Shown here piece after piece: positions 1 through 9,002 of a stretch of 36,288 bases of DNA; position 1 is the stretch's first letter; the number at the start of each line of letters is the position of its first letter. The stretch spans positions 1 to 36,288 of the forward strand of contig DATMTF010000061.1 in the NCBI GenBank assembly GCA_035565015.1, written 5' to 3'. Under the pieces are notes generated by a model. That model made no database searches. It saw nothing but the letters and a program-made list of their open reading frames with translations, and was not told the origin of the DNA. The DNA comes from Asticcacaulis sp. GTDB taxonomy: Bacteria; Pseudomonadota; Alphaproteobacteria; Caulobacterales; Caulobacteraceae. The translations under genes were made by a program, and so were the position numbers.

Positions 1-1033
1 AATCCAGCCCGGCATAGATGGTGTGCGCGCCATAGCTTTTGTGGACCTTGCGCAGGTTCAGCACGTCCTCGCCGGAACGCGGCGGCGTGCGGAACTCGAA
101 CGACACCGACTGGCGGCGGCGCGGCGCCTCGACGCGCTCGATCTTGTCGAGCTTCTTGACGCGGCTCTGCACCTGGGCGGCGTGGCTGGCGCGCGCCTTG
201 AAGCGCTCTATGAACTTGATCTCCTTGGCCAGCATGGCCTGCTGGCGCTCATACTGCGCCTGGCGCTGGGCTTCGGTCAGGGCGCGCTGCTGATCGTAAA
301 AATCGAGATCGCCCGAATAGGTGATCAGCGAACCTGCGTCGATCTCGACCACCTTGTTGATGATGCGGTTCATGAAAGCGCGGTCGTGCGAGGTCATCAA
401 CAGCGCGCCGTCATAATTTTTAAGAAAGCCTTCCAGCCAGATCAGGCTTTCGAGATCGAGGTGGTTGGACGGCTCGTCCAGCAGCATGGCTTCCGGCCGC
501 ATCAGCAGAATCCGCGCCAGCGCCACGCGCATCTTCCAGCCGCCGGAGAGTAAGCCGACATCGCCGTCCATGCGCGTCTGACTGAAGCTCAGGCCCGCCA
601 GCACCTCGCGCGCCCGCGCCTCCAGCGCATAGCCGTCCAGTTCTTCAAAGCGGGCCTGCACGTCGCCGTAGCGGTCGATAATGGCGTCCATCTGATCGGC
701 TTGATCGGGGTCGACCATGGCGGCCTCCAGCTCGGCCATTTCGGCGGCCAGAGCGCTGACCGGGCCGACGCCGTCCATCACGGCGGCGACGGCGCTCTGG
801 CCGGACATCTCGCCGACCTCCTGGCTGAAATAGCCGATGCGCACGCCGGGATCGATGGCGACCTGACCGTCATCGGGCGCGTCCTGACCGGTGATCATGC
901 GGAACAGGGTCGATTTGCCCGCGCCATTCGGACCGACCAGCCCGACCTTCTCGCCCTTTTGCAGCGTCATCGCGGCGTCGATGAACAGGATCTGGTGGCC
1001 GTTTTGTTTGCTGATAGTGTCGAGACGGATCAT
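1..1033 (-). CDS. ABC-F family ATP-binding protein (partial, runs off the left edge)
   Basis: Not in the ORF track because it has no stop in the window. Hand translation from ATG at 1033 gives MIRLDTISKQNGHQILF..., Walker A GPNGAGKS, signature LSGGWKMRVALA, Walker B LLDEPSNHLD, and linker FIERFKARASHAAQVQSRVKKLDK leading into a second ABC domain. Confidence 0.92.
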   Translation of the reverse strand, partial: MIRLDTISKQNGHQILFIDAAMTLQKGEKVGLVGPNGAGKSTLFRMITGQDAPDDGQVAIDPGVRIGYFSQEVGEMSGQSAVAAVMDGVGPVSALAAEMAELEAAMVDPDQADQMDAIIDRYGDVQARFEELDGYALEARAREVLAGLSFSQTRMDGDVGLLSGGWKMRVALARILLMRPEAMLLDEPSNHLDLESLIWLEGFLKNYDGALLMTSHDRAFMNRIINKVVEIDAGSLITYSGDLDFYDQQRALTEAQRQAQYERQQAMLAKEIKFIERFKARASHAAQVQSRVKKLDKIERVEAPRRRQSVSFEFRTPPRSGEDVLNLRKVHKSYGAHTIYAGLD

Positions 1034-1171
1034 GCGGGACGTGAACTCTGAAAAACCGGGACGCTGTGTCGGGCAGGCTTTACAGACATGGCGGCGTTTA
1101 GGGAAGGGGTCAGGTAGTCTCCGGGGACCCGGAACGGACCCTGCGCCTCGGCTACATCCTTCTGGCGCAGA

Positions 1172-1951
1172 TTATCGCACGCAGGCGGCGCTGACGGGCG
1201 CGGTCGCCATGTCCAGCCGCGCATAGGCGAAGGCGACGCCGACGCCGAGCAGGACCGGCCCGTCCCATGCCGCCCGCGCCACCATGTCCGCGAGATCGCC
1301 AAGGCGCCCGCGCAACGCCCGCGCCGTATCGCGCCCGGCGTTCTCGACCGCCATAACCGGTGTGGCGGCGGACCGTCCGGCGCGCAGCAAGGACGCCTGA
1401 ATGTGGGCGGCGTTATGCGACGACATATAAAAGCACAGGCTGGCGCTTGGGTCGGCCAGCAGGCCGTCGCGAAAGTCGATGGCGCCGTCCTGGCCGCGTC
1501 CGGTCAGGAAGGTCACCGAGCGCGCCTCGCCGCGATGGGTGAGCGGAAATTCAAACTGCGCCGCCGCCGCCGAGGCCGCCGTCACGCCGGGCAGGGTGCG
1601 GTGCGCGACGCCGTGGCGGTCCAGATGCAGGCGCTCCTCCTCGACGCGCCCGAACACGGACGGATCGCCGCCTTTCAGCCGCACGACCTTCAGCCCGCGC
1701 CGCGCCAGCCGGACCATAAGCATGTTCGTTCTGTCCTGCGGCACGGATAACCGGTCGCCGCGCTTGCCAACGCACACCTTGACGCAACGCTGCGGCAGAA
1801 GCGCAAGAATCTCATCGCTGACCAGCGCATCGTACAGCACCGCCTGCGCGTCTTGCAGCGCCTTGAGCGCCCCCAGCGTCAGATGATCCGCCCCGCCGGG
1901 GCCTGCGCCGCACAGGGTGACAATTCCTTGGGTGACGAAACCGTCAGGCAT
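1172..1951 (-). CDS. cobA: Uroporphyrinogen-III C-methyltransferase (siroheme pathway)
   Basis: Motifs GAGPGGADHLT, LYDALVS, VVRLKGGDPSVFGR and PGVTAA. The start overlaps the nitrate reductase stop by 8 nt. Confidence 0.93.
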   Translation of the reverse strand: MPDGFVTQGIVTLCGAGPGGADHLTLGALKALQDAQAVLYDALVSDEILALLPQRCVKVCVGKRGDRLSVPQDRTNMLMVRLARRGLKVVRLKGGDPSVFGRVEEERLHLDRHGVAHRTLPGVTAASAAAAQFEFPLTHRGEARSVTFLTGRGQDGAIDFRDGLLADPSASLCFYMSSHNAAHIQASLLRAGRSAATPVMAVENAGRDTARALRGRLGDLADMVARAAWDGPVLLGVGVAFAYARLDMATAPVSAACVR

Positions 1952-4607
1952 GGGAAGACTCCTTCGCGTGTTTCAGCAGGCATTGCTTCAGCTCGCCCTT
2001 GCACGAGCCGCAGGACGTACCGGCCGCAGTGGCCTCGCCGATGGTCTCGACGCTCGAAGCCCCATCGCCGATGGCGGCCATGATGGTCTTTTCGCCGACG
2101 TTGCGGCAGGCGCAGATGATGCGGCCCTTGTCCTCGACGCCGGGCAGGCGGCCGATCAGCAGGGCGGCGCGGTCATCGTCGCTCAAAGTCGCGTCCCCGA
2201 ACCGCTCCAGCAGCCAGTCGCGCGGCGGCAGCTTTTTGTGAATCGGCGCGACGAAGATGACCCGCGTCAGCCGCCCGTCCTCGATGCGCGCGCGCCGCGT
2301 CAGGCCCGCCGCGTCGTCGTCCAGCATCAGATTGACCGCGATGCCGGAGACGTCCACCGGCGCGACGCCCGCAATCTCGAAACAGTCGGCGAAGGCGTGC
2401 GGCGTGCGCCGCCAGATGGTGTCGTCGCGCCATGGCGGCAGGTCGCCGTCGAAGTCGCGCGGCGCCATGACAAAGCCATGCCACGCCTCATTATAGGCGT
2501 GGACGCGCGCGGGCGTATGCTTGAACTCCGGCTGGCCGGAGATCGGATCGACCATGGGATTGATCAGTGGGTTGCAGCGCCCGAACGGCGCGAACTGCCG
2601 CGTCCAGTGCATGGGAACGCTCAAATCGCCTTCGCGCACATCGTCGGTGACGCGCGCCTTGAGAATCGCCTCGCCGTAAGCGGTGGCGACCACGGCCAGC
2701 CGCCCGTCGCGGATATTGAGACGTTTGGCGTCCTTCGGATGGATGTCGAGCAAAGGCTCCGCGATATGCCGGTTCAGCTCCGGCGCCAGCGCCGTGCGCG
2801 TCAGGGTGTGCCAGTGGTCGCGCACGCGCGCGCTGTTGAGGCTGAACGGGAAGTCGGGCGAGGTCGCCTGCGCCGGGCCGGAGATTTTCGGCGCGATCAG
2901 CCGCGCCCGCCCGTCCGGCGTGGCGAAACGGCCATCCGCGAACAATCTGTGCGTCGAGCCCTTGTCCGTCACCGGCCAGCGCGTCGGGACCAGAGCGTCA
3001 TACTCCAGCCGAGTCAGGCCGGTCAGGCCCGACAGGTCGAGGAAACGCTGGCCGTCATTCTCGAACGCCGTCAGCCCCGCATGTTCATCAAACACCTCGT
3101 CCGGCCCCTGCCACGCAAAGGCGCGGTCCCAGGCGCTGTTCATGCGCCGCGCCACATCCGCAAGGATGGCCCAGTCCGGGCGGACCTCGCCGGGCAGCGG
3201 GGCCATGCGGCGCTGGCGTGAGATCATGCGCTCGGAATTGGTAACCGTGCCGTCCTTCTCGCCCCAGGCGGCGGCGGGAAGCTGGATATGCGCCATGTCC
3301 ATGGTGTCGGTGCGCGCGATCACGTCGGACACCACCACCAGCTCGCACTTGCTCAGCGCCTCATGCACCTTGTTGGCGTCGGGCAGGGACACCATCGGAT
3401 TGGTGGCCATGATCCAGATCGCCTTGACCTTGCCGGTGCGCGCCGCCTCGAACATATCGACGGCCTTCAGGCCCGGCTTCTGCGCGATCACCGGCGAGTC
3501 CCAGTAGCGCTGGACGCGCGATCGGGCCGCCTCGTCGAAATCCATGTGCGCGGCCAGCATGTTGGCCAGCCCGCCGACCTCGCGTCCACCCATGGCGTTG
3601 GGCTGGCCGGTGATCGAGAAGGGCGCGGCGCCGGGCTTGCCGATCTTGCCGGACAGAAGGTGCGCGTTGATCAGGGCGAGCCCCTTCTGCACGCCCTGCG
3701 CCGACTGGTTGGAGCCCTGGCTGAACAGGCTGACCACCTTGTCGGTGTGCAGGAAGGCGTCGAAGAAGGTCTTGAGATCCTTGACCGAAATCCCGCAATC
3801 GGACGCGATGGCGTCGAGGCTCTGATCGTCGGCGGTCAGGGCGGCCATCAGGCGGCTATAGCCCTGCGTATGCTTGTCGATAAAGTCGTGATCGAGCGCG
3901 TCGCGCGCGATCAGGTGCGCGCACAGGCCGTTCCACAGCCGCACATCGGTCTGCGGGCGGATCATCAGGTGCAGGTCGCTGGCCCTGGCGGTATCGGTGC
4001 GTTTCGGGTCGATGCAGATGCGCATCTGGTCTTGTCGCGCTTCGATGCGGCGGTACAGCACCGGGTGCGTCCAGGCGGCGTTGTGGCCGGAAAAGACCAG
4101 CAGATCGGCCTCGGTCAGGTCGTCATAGGTTCCGGGCACGAGGTCGGCGCCGAAGGCCAGCTTGTGCGCAGCGACGGCGGACGACATGCACAGGCGCGAA
4201 TTGGTGTCGATATTGGCCGTGCCGATATAGCCCTTGGCCAGCTTGTTGACCGCGTAATAGTCCTCGCTCAGCAACTGGCCGGAGACGTAGAAGGCGACCG
4301 CGTCGGGGCCGTGTTCGGTGATGATGGCGTTGAAGCGCTGGGCGACTTCATCGAGCGCCGCGTCCCATGTGACGTCACGCAAGTCCCCGTCGACGCGCAT
4401 GCGCGGGCGGAGCAGGCGGCCTTCCAGCCCGAAGGTCTTGCCCAGCGCCGTCCCCTTGGAGCACAGCCGTCCCTGATTGGCCGGATGGCTGTCGTCGCCG
4501 CGCACATTGAGCCCGCGCGTCCCGTGCCGGTCGCCCAGCACGCCGCAGCCGACCCCGCAATAGGGGCAGGTGGTACGGACAATGGCGGTGTCGGCGTCTC
4601 TGGGCAT
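1944..4607 (-). CDS. nasA: Assimilatory nitrate reductase catalytic subunit (molybdopterin, 887 aa)
   Basis: TTCPYCGVGCG...GRLCSKG [4Fe-4S] motif, NIDTNSRLCMSSA, TGQPNAMGGREVGG and a C-terminal BFD-like CAC...CGSC. Start moved to ATG 4607 because the longer ORF reads through nirD and a repeat. Confidence 0.95.
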   Translation of the reverse strand: MPRDADTAIVRTTCPYCGVGCGVLGDRHGTRGLNVRGDDSHPANQGRLCSKGTALGKTFGLEGRLLRPRMRVDGDLRDVTWDAALDEVAQRFNAIITEHGPDAVAFYVSGQLLSEDYYAVNKLAKGYIGTANIDTNSRLCMSSAVAAHKLAFGADLVPGTYDDLTEADLLVFSGHNAAWTHPVLYRRIEARQDQMRICIDPKRTDTARASDLHLMIRPQTDVRLWNGLCAHLIARDALDHDFIDKHTQGYSRLMAALTADDQSLDAIASDCGISVKDLKTFFDAFLHTDKVVSLFSQGSNQSAQGVQKGLALINAHLLSGKIGKPGAAPFSITGQPNAMGGREVGGLANMLAAHMDFDEAARSRVQRYWDSPVIAQKPGLKAVDMFEAARTGKVKAIWIMATNPMVSLPDANKVHEALSKCELVVVSDVIARTDTMDMAHIQLPAAAWGEKDGTVTNSERMISRQRRMAPLPGEVRPDWAILADVARRMNSAWDRAFAWQGPDEVFDEHAGLTAFENDGQRFLDLSGLTGLTRLEYDALVPTRWPVTDKGSTHRLFADGRFATPDGRARLIAPKISGPAQATSPDFPFSLNSARVRDHWHTLTRTALAPELNRHIAEPLLDIHPKDAKRLNIRDGRLAVVATAYGEAILKARVTDDVREGDLSVPMHWTRQFAPFGRCNPLINPMVDPISGQPEFKHTPARVHAYNEAWHGFVMAPRDFDGDLPPWRDDTIWRRTPHAFADCFEIAGVAPVDVSGIAVNLMLDDDAAGLTRRARIEDGRLTRVIFVAPIHKKLPPRDWLLERFGDATLSDDDRAALLIGRLPGVEDKGRIICACRNVGEKTIMAAIGDGASSVETIGEATAAGTSCGSCKGELKQCLLKHAKESSHA

Positions 4608-4615
4608 GGTTCCAA

Positions 4616-4734
4616 CTTCTCCTCCCCACAGTGTGGGGAGGTGGCGCGGCCCTGGCCGCGACGGAGGGGCAGGCCGCAGGAAGACCCCTCCACCGCTTCG
4701 CGGTCCCCCTCCCCAGCAGGCTGGGGAGGAGAAG
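4616..4734. repeat. 119-bp palindromic intergenic repeat (alphaproteobacterial REP/RIME/CIR-like)
   Basis: Perfect 13-bp terminal inverted repeats CTTCTCCTCCCCA (4616-4628) and TGGGGAGGAGAAG (4722-4734). CCTCCCC..GGGGAGG hairpins sit at both ends, with inner hairpins CGCGGCC/GGCCGCG and ACCGC-TTC-GCGGT. Confidence 0.8.
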
Positions 4735-4735
4735 G

Positions 4736-5071
4736 TTATGCGGGCAGTCCCAGCAGAATGCGGTCGTTCTCGATCTTCAGCGGCACCGTCGGCGTACAGC
4801 CCTTGCCCGCATCCGCGCCGAGGGCTTCGCCGCTTTCCAGCGAGATCGACCAGTTGTGCAGCGGGCAGGCGATGGCGCGGCCATGCACGATGCCCTCCGA
4901 CAAAGGCCCGCCCTTGTGCGGGCATTTGTCGAATACGGCGTAATAGTCGTCCGTCACCGTGCGGAAGACCGCAATCGGGCCGAGGACGCTTTCGACGCGG
5001 CGGGCGCTTTGCGGCGCGACCTCAGCGGCGGGGCCGACATCGACCCAGTTGATCACCACATTCGCATTCAT
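4736..5071 (-). CDS. nirD: Nitrite reductase small subunit (Rieske-type)
   Basis: CPHKGGPLSEGIV...CPLHNW motif. ATG at 5071 overlaps the nirB TGA (ATGA). Confidence 0.93.
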   Translation of the reverse strand: MNANVVINWVDVGPAAEVAPQSARRVESVLGPIAVFRTVTDDYYAVFDKCPHKGGPLSEGIVHGRAIACPLHNWSISLESGEALGADAGKGCTPTVPLKIENDRILLGLPA

Positions 5072-7548
5072 TGGGCAGGCTCCATCGGGCGCAGGTCGGC
5101 CAGCGGCGAAAACACCCTGGCCGGTTCGGATTGCGGGGCAAGCTCCGCCCACGGGTCGGTCTGGAACACGGCCTGGCTTTCGAGGAAGCGGGCCTTCAAA
5201 GCCGTGCGCGCCGCCTCATCCGCCAAGGCGGATTTGACGAAGTCCAGCCCGACGCGCTCGATCCACGGCGCTGTGCGCTCCAGATACCAGGCGTCCTCGC
5301 GGTAAAGCTGCACGAAGGCCATCGACCAGTCGATCGCTTCGGCTTCGGTGGCGACCTTGGTCAGAAGATCGGTGGCGCGGACATGGATGCCGCCATTGCC
5401 GCCGACATGCAGCTCATAGCCGCTATCGACGCAGACGACGCCGAAGTCCTTGATCGTGGCCTCGGCGCAGTTGCGCGGACAGCCGGACACCGCCATCTTG
5501 AACTTGTGCGGCATCCACGACCCCCAGGTCGCCTGTTCCAGCTTGACGCCGAGCCCGGTCGAATCCTGCGTGCCGAAGCGGCACCATTCGGAACCGACGC
5601 AGGTTTTCACCGTGCGCAAAGCCTTGGCGTAGGCGTGGCCGGACACCATGCCCGCCGCGTTGAGATCAGCCCAGACATGCGGCAACTGCTCTTTTTTGAC
5701 GCCGAACAGGTCGAGCCTCTGCCCGCCGGTGACCTTGACCATCGGCAGGTCGTACTTGTCGACCACATCGGCGATGGCGCGCAGTTCTTTCGCACTGGTC
5801 AGGCCGCCCCACATGCGCGGCACGACGCTATAGGTGCCATCCTTCTGAATGTTGGCGTGGTTGCGCTCATTGACGAAGCGCGAGCGCGGATCGTCATGAT
5901 AGTCGCGCGGCCAGGCGCAGAGCAGGTAGTAGTTGAGCGCCGGACGGCACGACGAACAGCCGTCGGGCGTCGTCCATTTCAGCGCCTGCATCACGTCGGG
6001 AATGGTTTTCAGTTCGAGATCGATGATGGCCTTGCGCACATGCGCGTGGCCGTGATCGGTGCATTTGCACACCGGCTTCGGCCCGCTCTGCGTCTTAAAG
6101 GCGTCGCCCAGCGTAACCTTCAGCAGGCTTTCGACAATGCCGGTGCAGGAGCCGCAACTGGCCGAGGCCTTGCAATGGCCGCGCACCTTGTCGAGCGTGT
6201 CGTTCCCGGCGCAGATCGACGCCACCACCTGACCCTTGGACACGCCATTGCAGCCGCACACTTCGGTGTCGTCGGGCCATGCTGCAACGGCGTCAGAAGG
6301 GTCCGCGCCGGCCAGGGCGCTGGTCACCGCCTGACCGAAGATCAGCGTGTCGCGGATCGGGGCGATGTCCTCGCCCTTCTTCATCAGGTCGAAATACCAG
6401 CCGCCGTCCGCCGCCTCGCCGAACAGCACGGCGCCGACCAGTTTGTCGTCCTTGATGACGATGCGCTTATAAACGCCGCGGCCGGGATCGCGGAACACGA
6501 TGTCCTCGCAGCCCTCGCCGCCGCCGAACTGACCGGCGGAGTAGAGATCGACGCCCGAAACCTTCAGCCGCGTCGCCAACGAGGTTCCGAGGAAAGCCGC
6601 GTCCGGATTCTTACCGGTCAGCACATCGGCCAGTGTCCGGCACATGTCCCAGATCGGCGCGACGAGGCCGTAGCACTGGCCGCGATGCTGCACGCATTCG
6701 CCGACCGCGAAGATATCGGGGTCGTCGGTGCGCATCCGGTCATCGACCACAATGCCGCGCTCGACCGTCAATCCGGCGGATTTGGCCGGTTCGACGTGCG
6801 GACGGATGCCGACCGCCATGACCAGCAGCGAACACGGGATCACCCGCCCGTCTTTGAGCTTCAGTCCCTCGACATGGGTCTCGCCGATGATCGCCTCGGA
6901 CTGGGCGTTGAGTACGGAGGCGACGCCGCGTTCCTCCAGCGCCTTTTCCAGCAGCCGTCCGGCGGCTTCGTCCAGTTGCCGCTCCATCAGCACATCGACC
7001 AGATGGATGACGGTCGCCTTCATGCCGCGCTTGGCCAGCCCGTAAGCGGCTTCGAGGCCGAGCAGACCGCCGCCGATCACCACGGCCTCGTTGGCGCCAG
7101 TTTCTTTGGACTTTTCCGCCGCCGCCTGCATGGCGTCGACATCGTGCAGGTCGCGGAAGGCGACCACGCCGGAAAGGTCCGCGCCCGGCAGGGGCAGACG
7201 GATCGGGTCGGAGCCGGTGGCGAGGATCAGTTTGTCGTAGCCGATGCGCTGGCCGTCGTGCAGAACGACCTCTTTCATCACGCGGTCGATCGACTGAACC
7301 CAATAGCCGAAATGGGTCTTCACCCCATTTGCGTCGTACCAGTCCTGCGAATGGGTAACGATCTGATCGAACGTCTTTTCCCCCGCCAGCACCGGCGAGA
7401 GCTGGATGCGGTCATAGGTGGGCAGGCTTTCGGCGCCGATGATCGAAATCTCGAAGCGCATCTCGTCCCGCTTGAGGATTTCCTCGACGATACGGCCCCC
7501 GGCCATGCCGGCGCCGATCACGATAAGCCGCTCTTTATGCTGGGTCAT
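5068..7548 (-). CDS. nirB: NAD(P)H-dependent nitrite reductase large subunit (826 aa)
   Basis: FAD-binding IGAGMAG, NADH-binding IGGGLLGLEAA, two BFD-like Cys clusters, and siroheme/[4Fe-4S] ligands KTCVGSEWC...SGCPRNCAE. ATG 7548 follows GAGG, downstream of the attenuator. Confidence 0.96.
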   Translation of the reverse strand: MTQHKERLIVIGAGMAGGRIVEEILKRDEMRFEISIIGAESLPTYDRIQLSPVLAGEKTFDQIVTHSQDWYDANGVKTHFGYWVQSIDRVMKEVVLHDGQRIGYDKLILATGSDPIRLPLPGADLSGVVAFRDLHDVDAMQAAAEKSKETGANEAVVIGGGLLGLEAAYGLAKRGMKATVIHLVDVLMERQLDEAAGRLLEKALEERGVASVLNAQSEAIIGETHVEGLKLKDGRVIPCSLLVMAVGIRPHVEPAKSAGLTVERGIVVDDRMRTDDPDIFAVGECVQHRGQCYGLVAPIWDMCRTLADVLTGKNPDAAFLGTSLATRLKVSGVDLYSAGQFGGGEGCEDIVFRDPGRGVYKRIVIKDDKLVGAVLFGEAADGGWYFDLMKKGEDIAPIRDTLIFGQAVTSALAGADPSDAVAAWPDDTEVCGCNGVSKGQVVASICAGNDTLDKVRGHCKASASCGSCTGIVESLLKVTLGDAFKTQSGPKPVCKCTDHGHAHVRKAIIDLELKTIPDVMQALKWTTPDGCSSCRPALNYYLLCAWPRDYHDDPRSRFVNERNHANIQKDGTYSVVPRMWGGLTSAKELRAIADVVDKYDLPMVKVTGGQRLDLFGVKKEQLPHVWADLNAAGMVSGHAYAKALRTVKTCVGSEWCRFGTQDSTGLGVKLEQATWGSWMPHKFKMAVSGCPRNCAEATIKDFGVVCVDSGYELHVGGNGGIHVRATDLLTKVATEAEAIDWSMAFVQLYREDAWYLERTAPWIERVGLDFVKSALADEAARTALKARFLESQAVFQTDPWAELAPQSEPARVFSPLADLRPMEPAQ

Positions 7549-7563
7549 GCGAACCTCTTGAGC

Positions 7564-7657
7564 AAAAAAAAGAGCCCCGAAACGCGCCTTCCAGATGGAA
7601 AGCCGTTTCGGGACTCCGTTGTCCTTGATGGTGCGTTGCAAAAACCATCATTGGTTT
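7564..7657 (-). promoter_or_regulatory. ANTAR (NasT) dual-hairpin antiterminator overlapping an intrinsic terminator, nirB leader
   Basis: Minus-strand hairpins AAACC-AATGAT-GGTTT (7642-7657) and GGAC-AACGGA-GTCC (7611-7624), both with 6-nt A1/G4 loops. The second overlaps the terminator stem 7572-7616, which is followed by a U8 tract. Confidence 0.88.
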
Positions 7658-7700
7658 CAGCATCGCGAATGTCGTTTGGCCGACTATGGCCAGTCCTTAC

Positions 7701-7728
7701 AGCGTATGACAGTTCTGCGGATTGTCAA
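7701..7728 (-). promoter_or_regulatory. Putative sigma70 promoter for nirB-nirD-nasA-cobA
   Basis: TTGACA-N16-TACGCT on the minus strand, just upstream of the ANTAR leader. Confidence 0.6.
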
Positions 7729-7739
7729 CGCTGAAAATG

Positions 7740-7766
7740 CGCGGCGCACAGACTTTGTGCGCCGCG
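7740..7766 (-). terminator. Stem-loop after the nitrate transporter gene
   Basis: 11-bp perfect stem CGCGGCGCACA/TGTGCGCCGCG, 7 nt past the stop, followed only by a short CATTTTC tail. Confidence 0.55.
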
Positions 7767-7773
7767 ATAGGGT

Positions 7774-8988
7774 TTAGATTTTCGCGTCCGCCGCGCCATA
7801 GACGTGCCAGGTGGTGCGCCAGGTCTTTTTCACCAGGGTCAGGCCGATCAGGGCCACGAAGGCCAGGGCGGCGAAGATCAACAGGCTGGCCATATAGGAG
7901 CCGGTCATCTGCTTCGACAGGCCCATGCTGGCGGCCAGGTAGAAGCCGCCAATGCCGCCGCACATGCCGACCAGGCCGGTCATGACGCCGATCTCGGCGC
8001 GGAAACGCTGCGGCACGAGCTGGAAGACCGCGCCATTGGCCATGCCCAGCGACACCATGGCGGTGACGATGAACAAGGTTCCGAGCAGGATATTGCCCAT
8101 GCCGAGGCTCATCAGCAAAAGGGCGACGCCCGCGATCGCATACATGATCGACAGGGTGCGGATGCCGCCGATACGGTCGGCCAGCCCGCCGCCGACCGGG
8201 CGCACGATCGAGCCGAAGAAGACGCAGAAGGCGGTGAACAGGCCGGCGGTGACCGGGGCCAGGCCGTATTGGGTGTTGAAATAGATGTTCAGCGACGAGG
8301 ACAGGCCGACGAAACCGCCGAAGCTGACGCCGTAAAACAGCATGAACCACCAGGCGTCGACCTGTTTCAGCACCGAGAAATATTCGGCCGTCTTCTTGGG
8401 CGCCGGTTGGTTGGGCGAATCCTTGGCGAAGATCTGATAGACGATGAAGGTCAGGATCAGCGGGATGGCGACGAAGGCGAACACGGTCGTCCAGCCATAG
8501 GCCTTGGCGAGGCTGGGCAGGAACAGCGAGGCGAAGACCGTGCCGGAATTGCCGGCGCCCGCAATGCCGAGCGCAATGCCCTGATATTTCGGCGGATACC
8601 AGCGCGAGGCCAGCGGCAGGGCGACGGCGAACGAGGCGCCCGCCACGCCCAGCACCACGCCGAGTCCCAGCACCGACATGTAGCTATGGATATGGAACAG
8701 CCACGCCGCCAAAAGGCCGCCGATGACGATCAACTGGCCCACCGTGCCGGTCATTTTCGGCCCGATGCGGTCGACCAGCACGCCATTGACGACGCGTAAG
8801 ACCGCGCCCGCCAGGATCGGCACGGCGACCATGAAGCCCTTTTCGGCGGGCGTCAGCCCCAATGTGGCGGCGATCTGCACGCCAAGCGCGCCCAGCAGCA
8901 CCCAGACCATGAAGCTCATGTCGAAGTACAGGAAGGCGGAGAACAGGGTGGGCGCGTGCCCGGCTTTCAAGAAATCCTTGGAGATCAT
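7774..8988 (-). CDS. narK: NarK/NasA-family MFS nitrate/nitrite transporter
   Basis: About 12 hydrophobic segments, nitrate signatures GIAGAGNSG and GLVGMCGGIGGF, conserved Arg in GAVLRV and GSIVRPVGG. Confidence 0.92.
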   Translation of the reverse strand: MISKDFLKAGHAPTLFSAFLYFDMSFMVWVLLGALGVQIAATLGLTPAEKGFMVAVPILAGAVLRVVNGVLVDRIGPKMTGTVGQLIVIGGLLAAWLFHIHSYMSVLGLGVVLGVAGASFAVALPLASRWYPPKYQGIALGIAGAGNSGTVFASLFLPSLAKAYGWTTVFAFVAIPLILTFIVYQIFAKDSPNQPAPKKTAEYFSVLKQVDAWWFMLFYGVSFGGFVGLSSSLNIYFNTQYGLAPVTAGLFTAFCVFFGSIVRPVGGGLADRIGGIRTLSIMYAIAGVALLLMSLGMGNILLGTLFIVTAMVSLGMANGAVFQLVPQRFRAEIGVMTGLVGMCGGIGGFYLAASMGLSKQMTGSYMASLLIFAALAFVALIGLTLVKKTWRTTWHVYGAADAKI

Positions 8989-9002
8989 CTTTATCTATCC
9001 TG

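Noticed and set aside
23-1051. Plus-strand ORFs 23-553 and 701-1051
   Set aside because: They are antisense to the ABC-F gene, which has all the expected motifs.
4608-4925. 106-aa N-terminal extension of nitrate reductase in the ORF track
   Set aside because: It overlaps nirD in another frame and translates the palindromic repeat; the family N-terminus (TTCPYC) follows Met at 4607.
5071-7734. 887-aa plus-strand ORF and similar long antisense ORFs (1917-3221, 3288-4943, 10543-11700, 14847-16259, 32783-34276)
   Set aside because: These are shadow frames opposite well-supported genes, expected in high-GC DNA, and carry no recognisable motifs.
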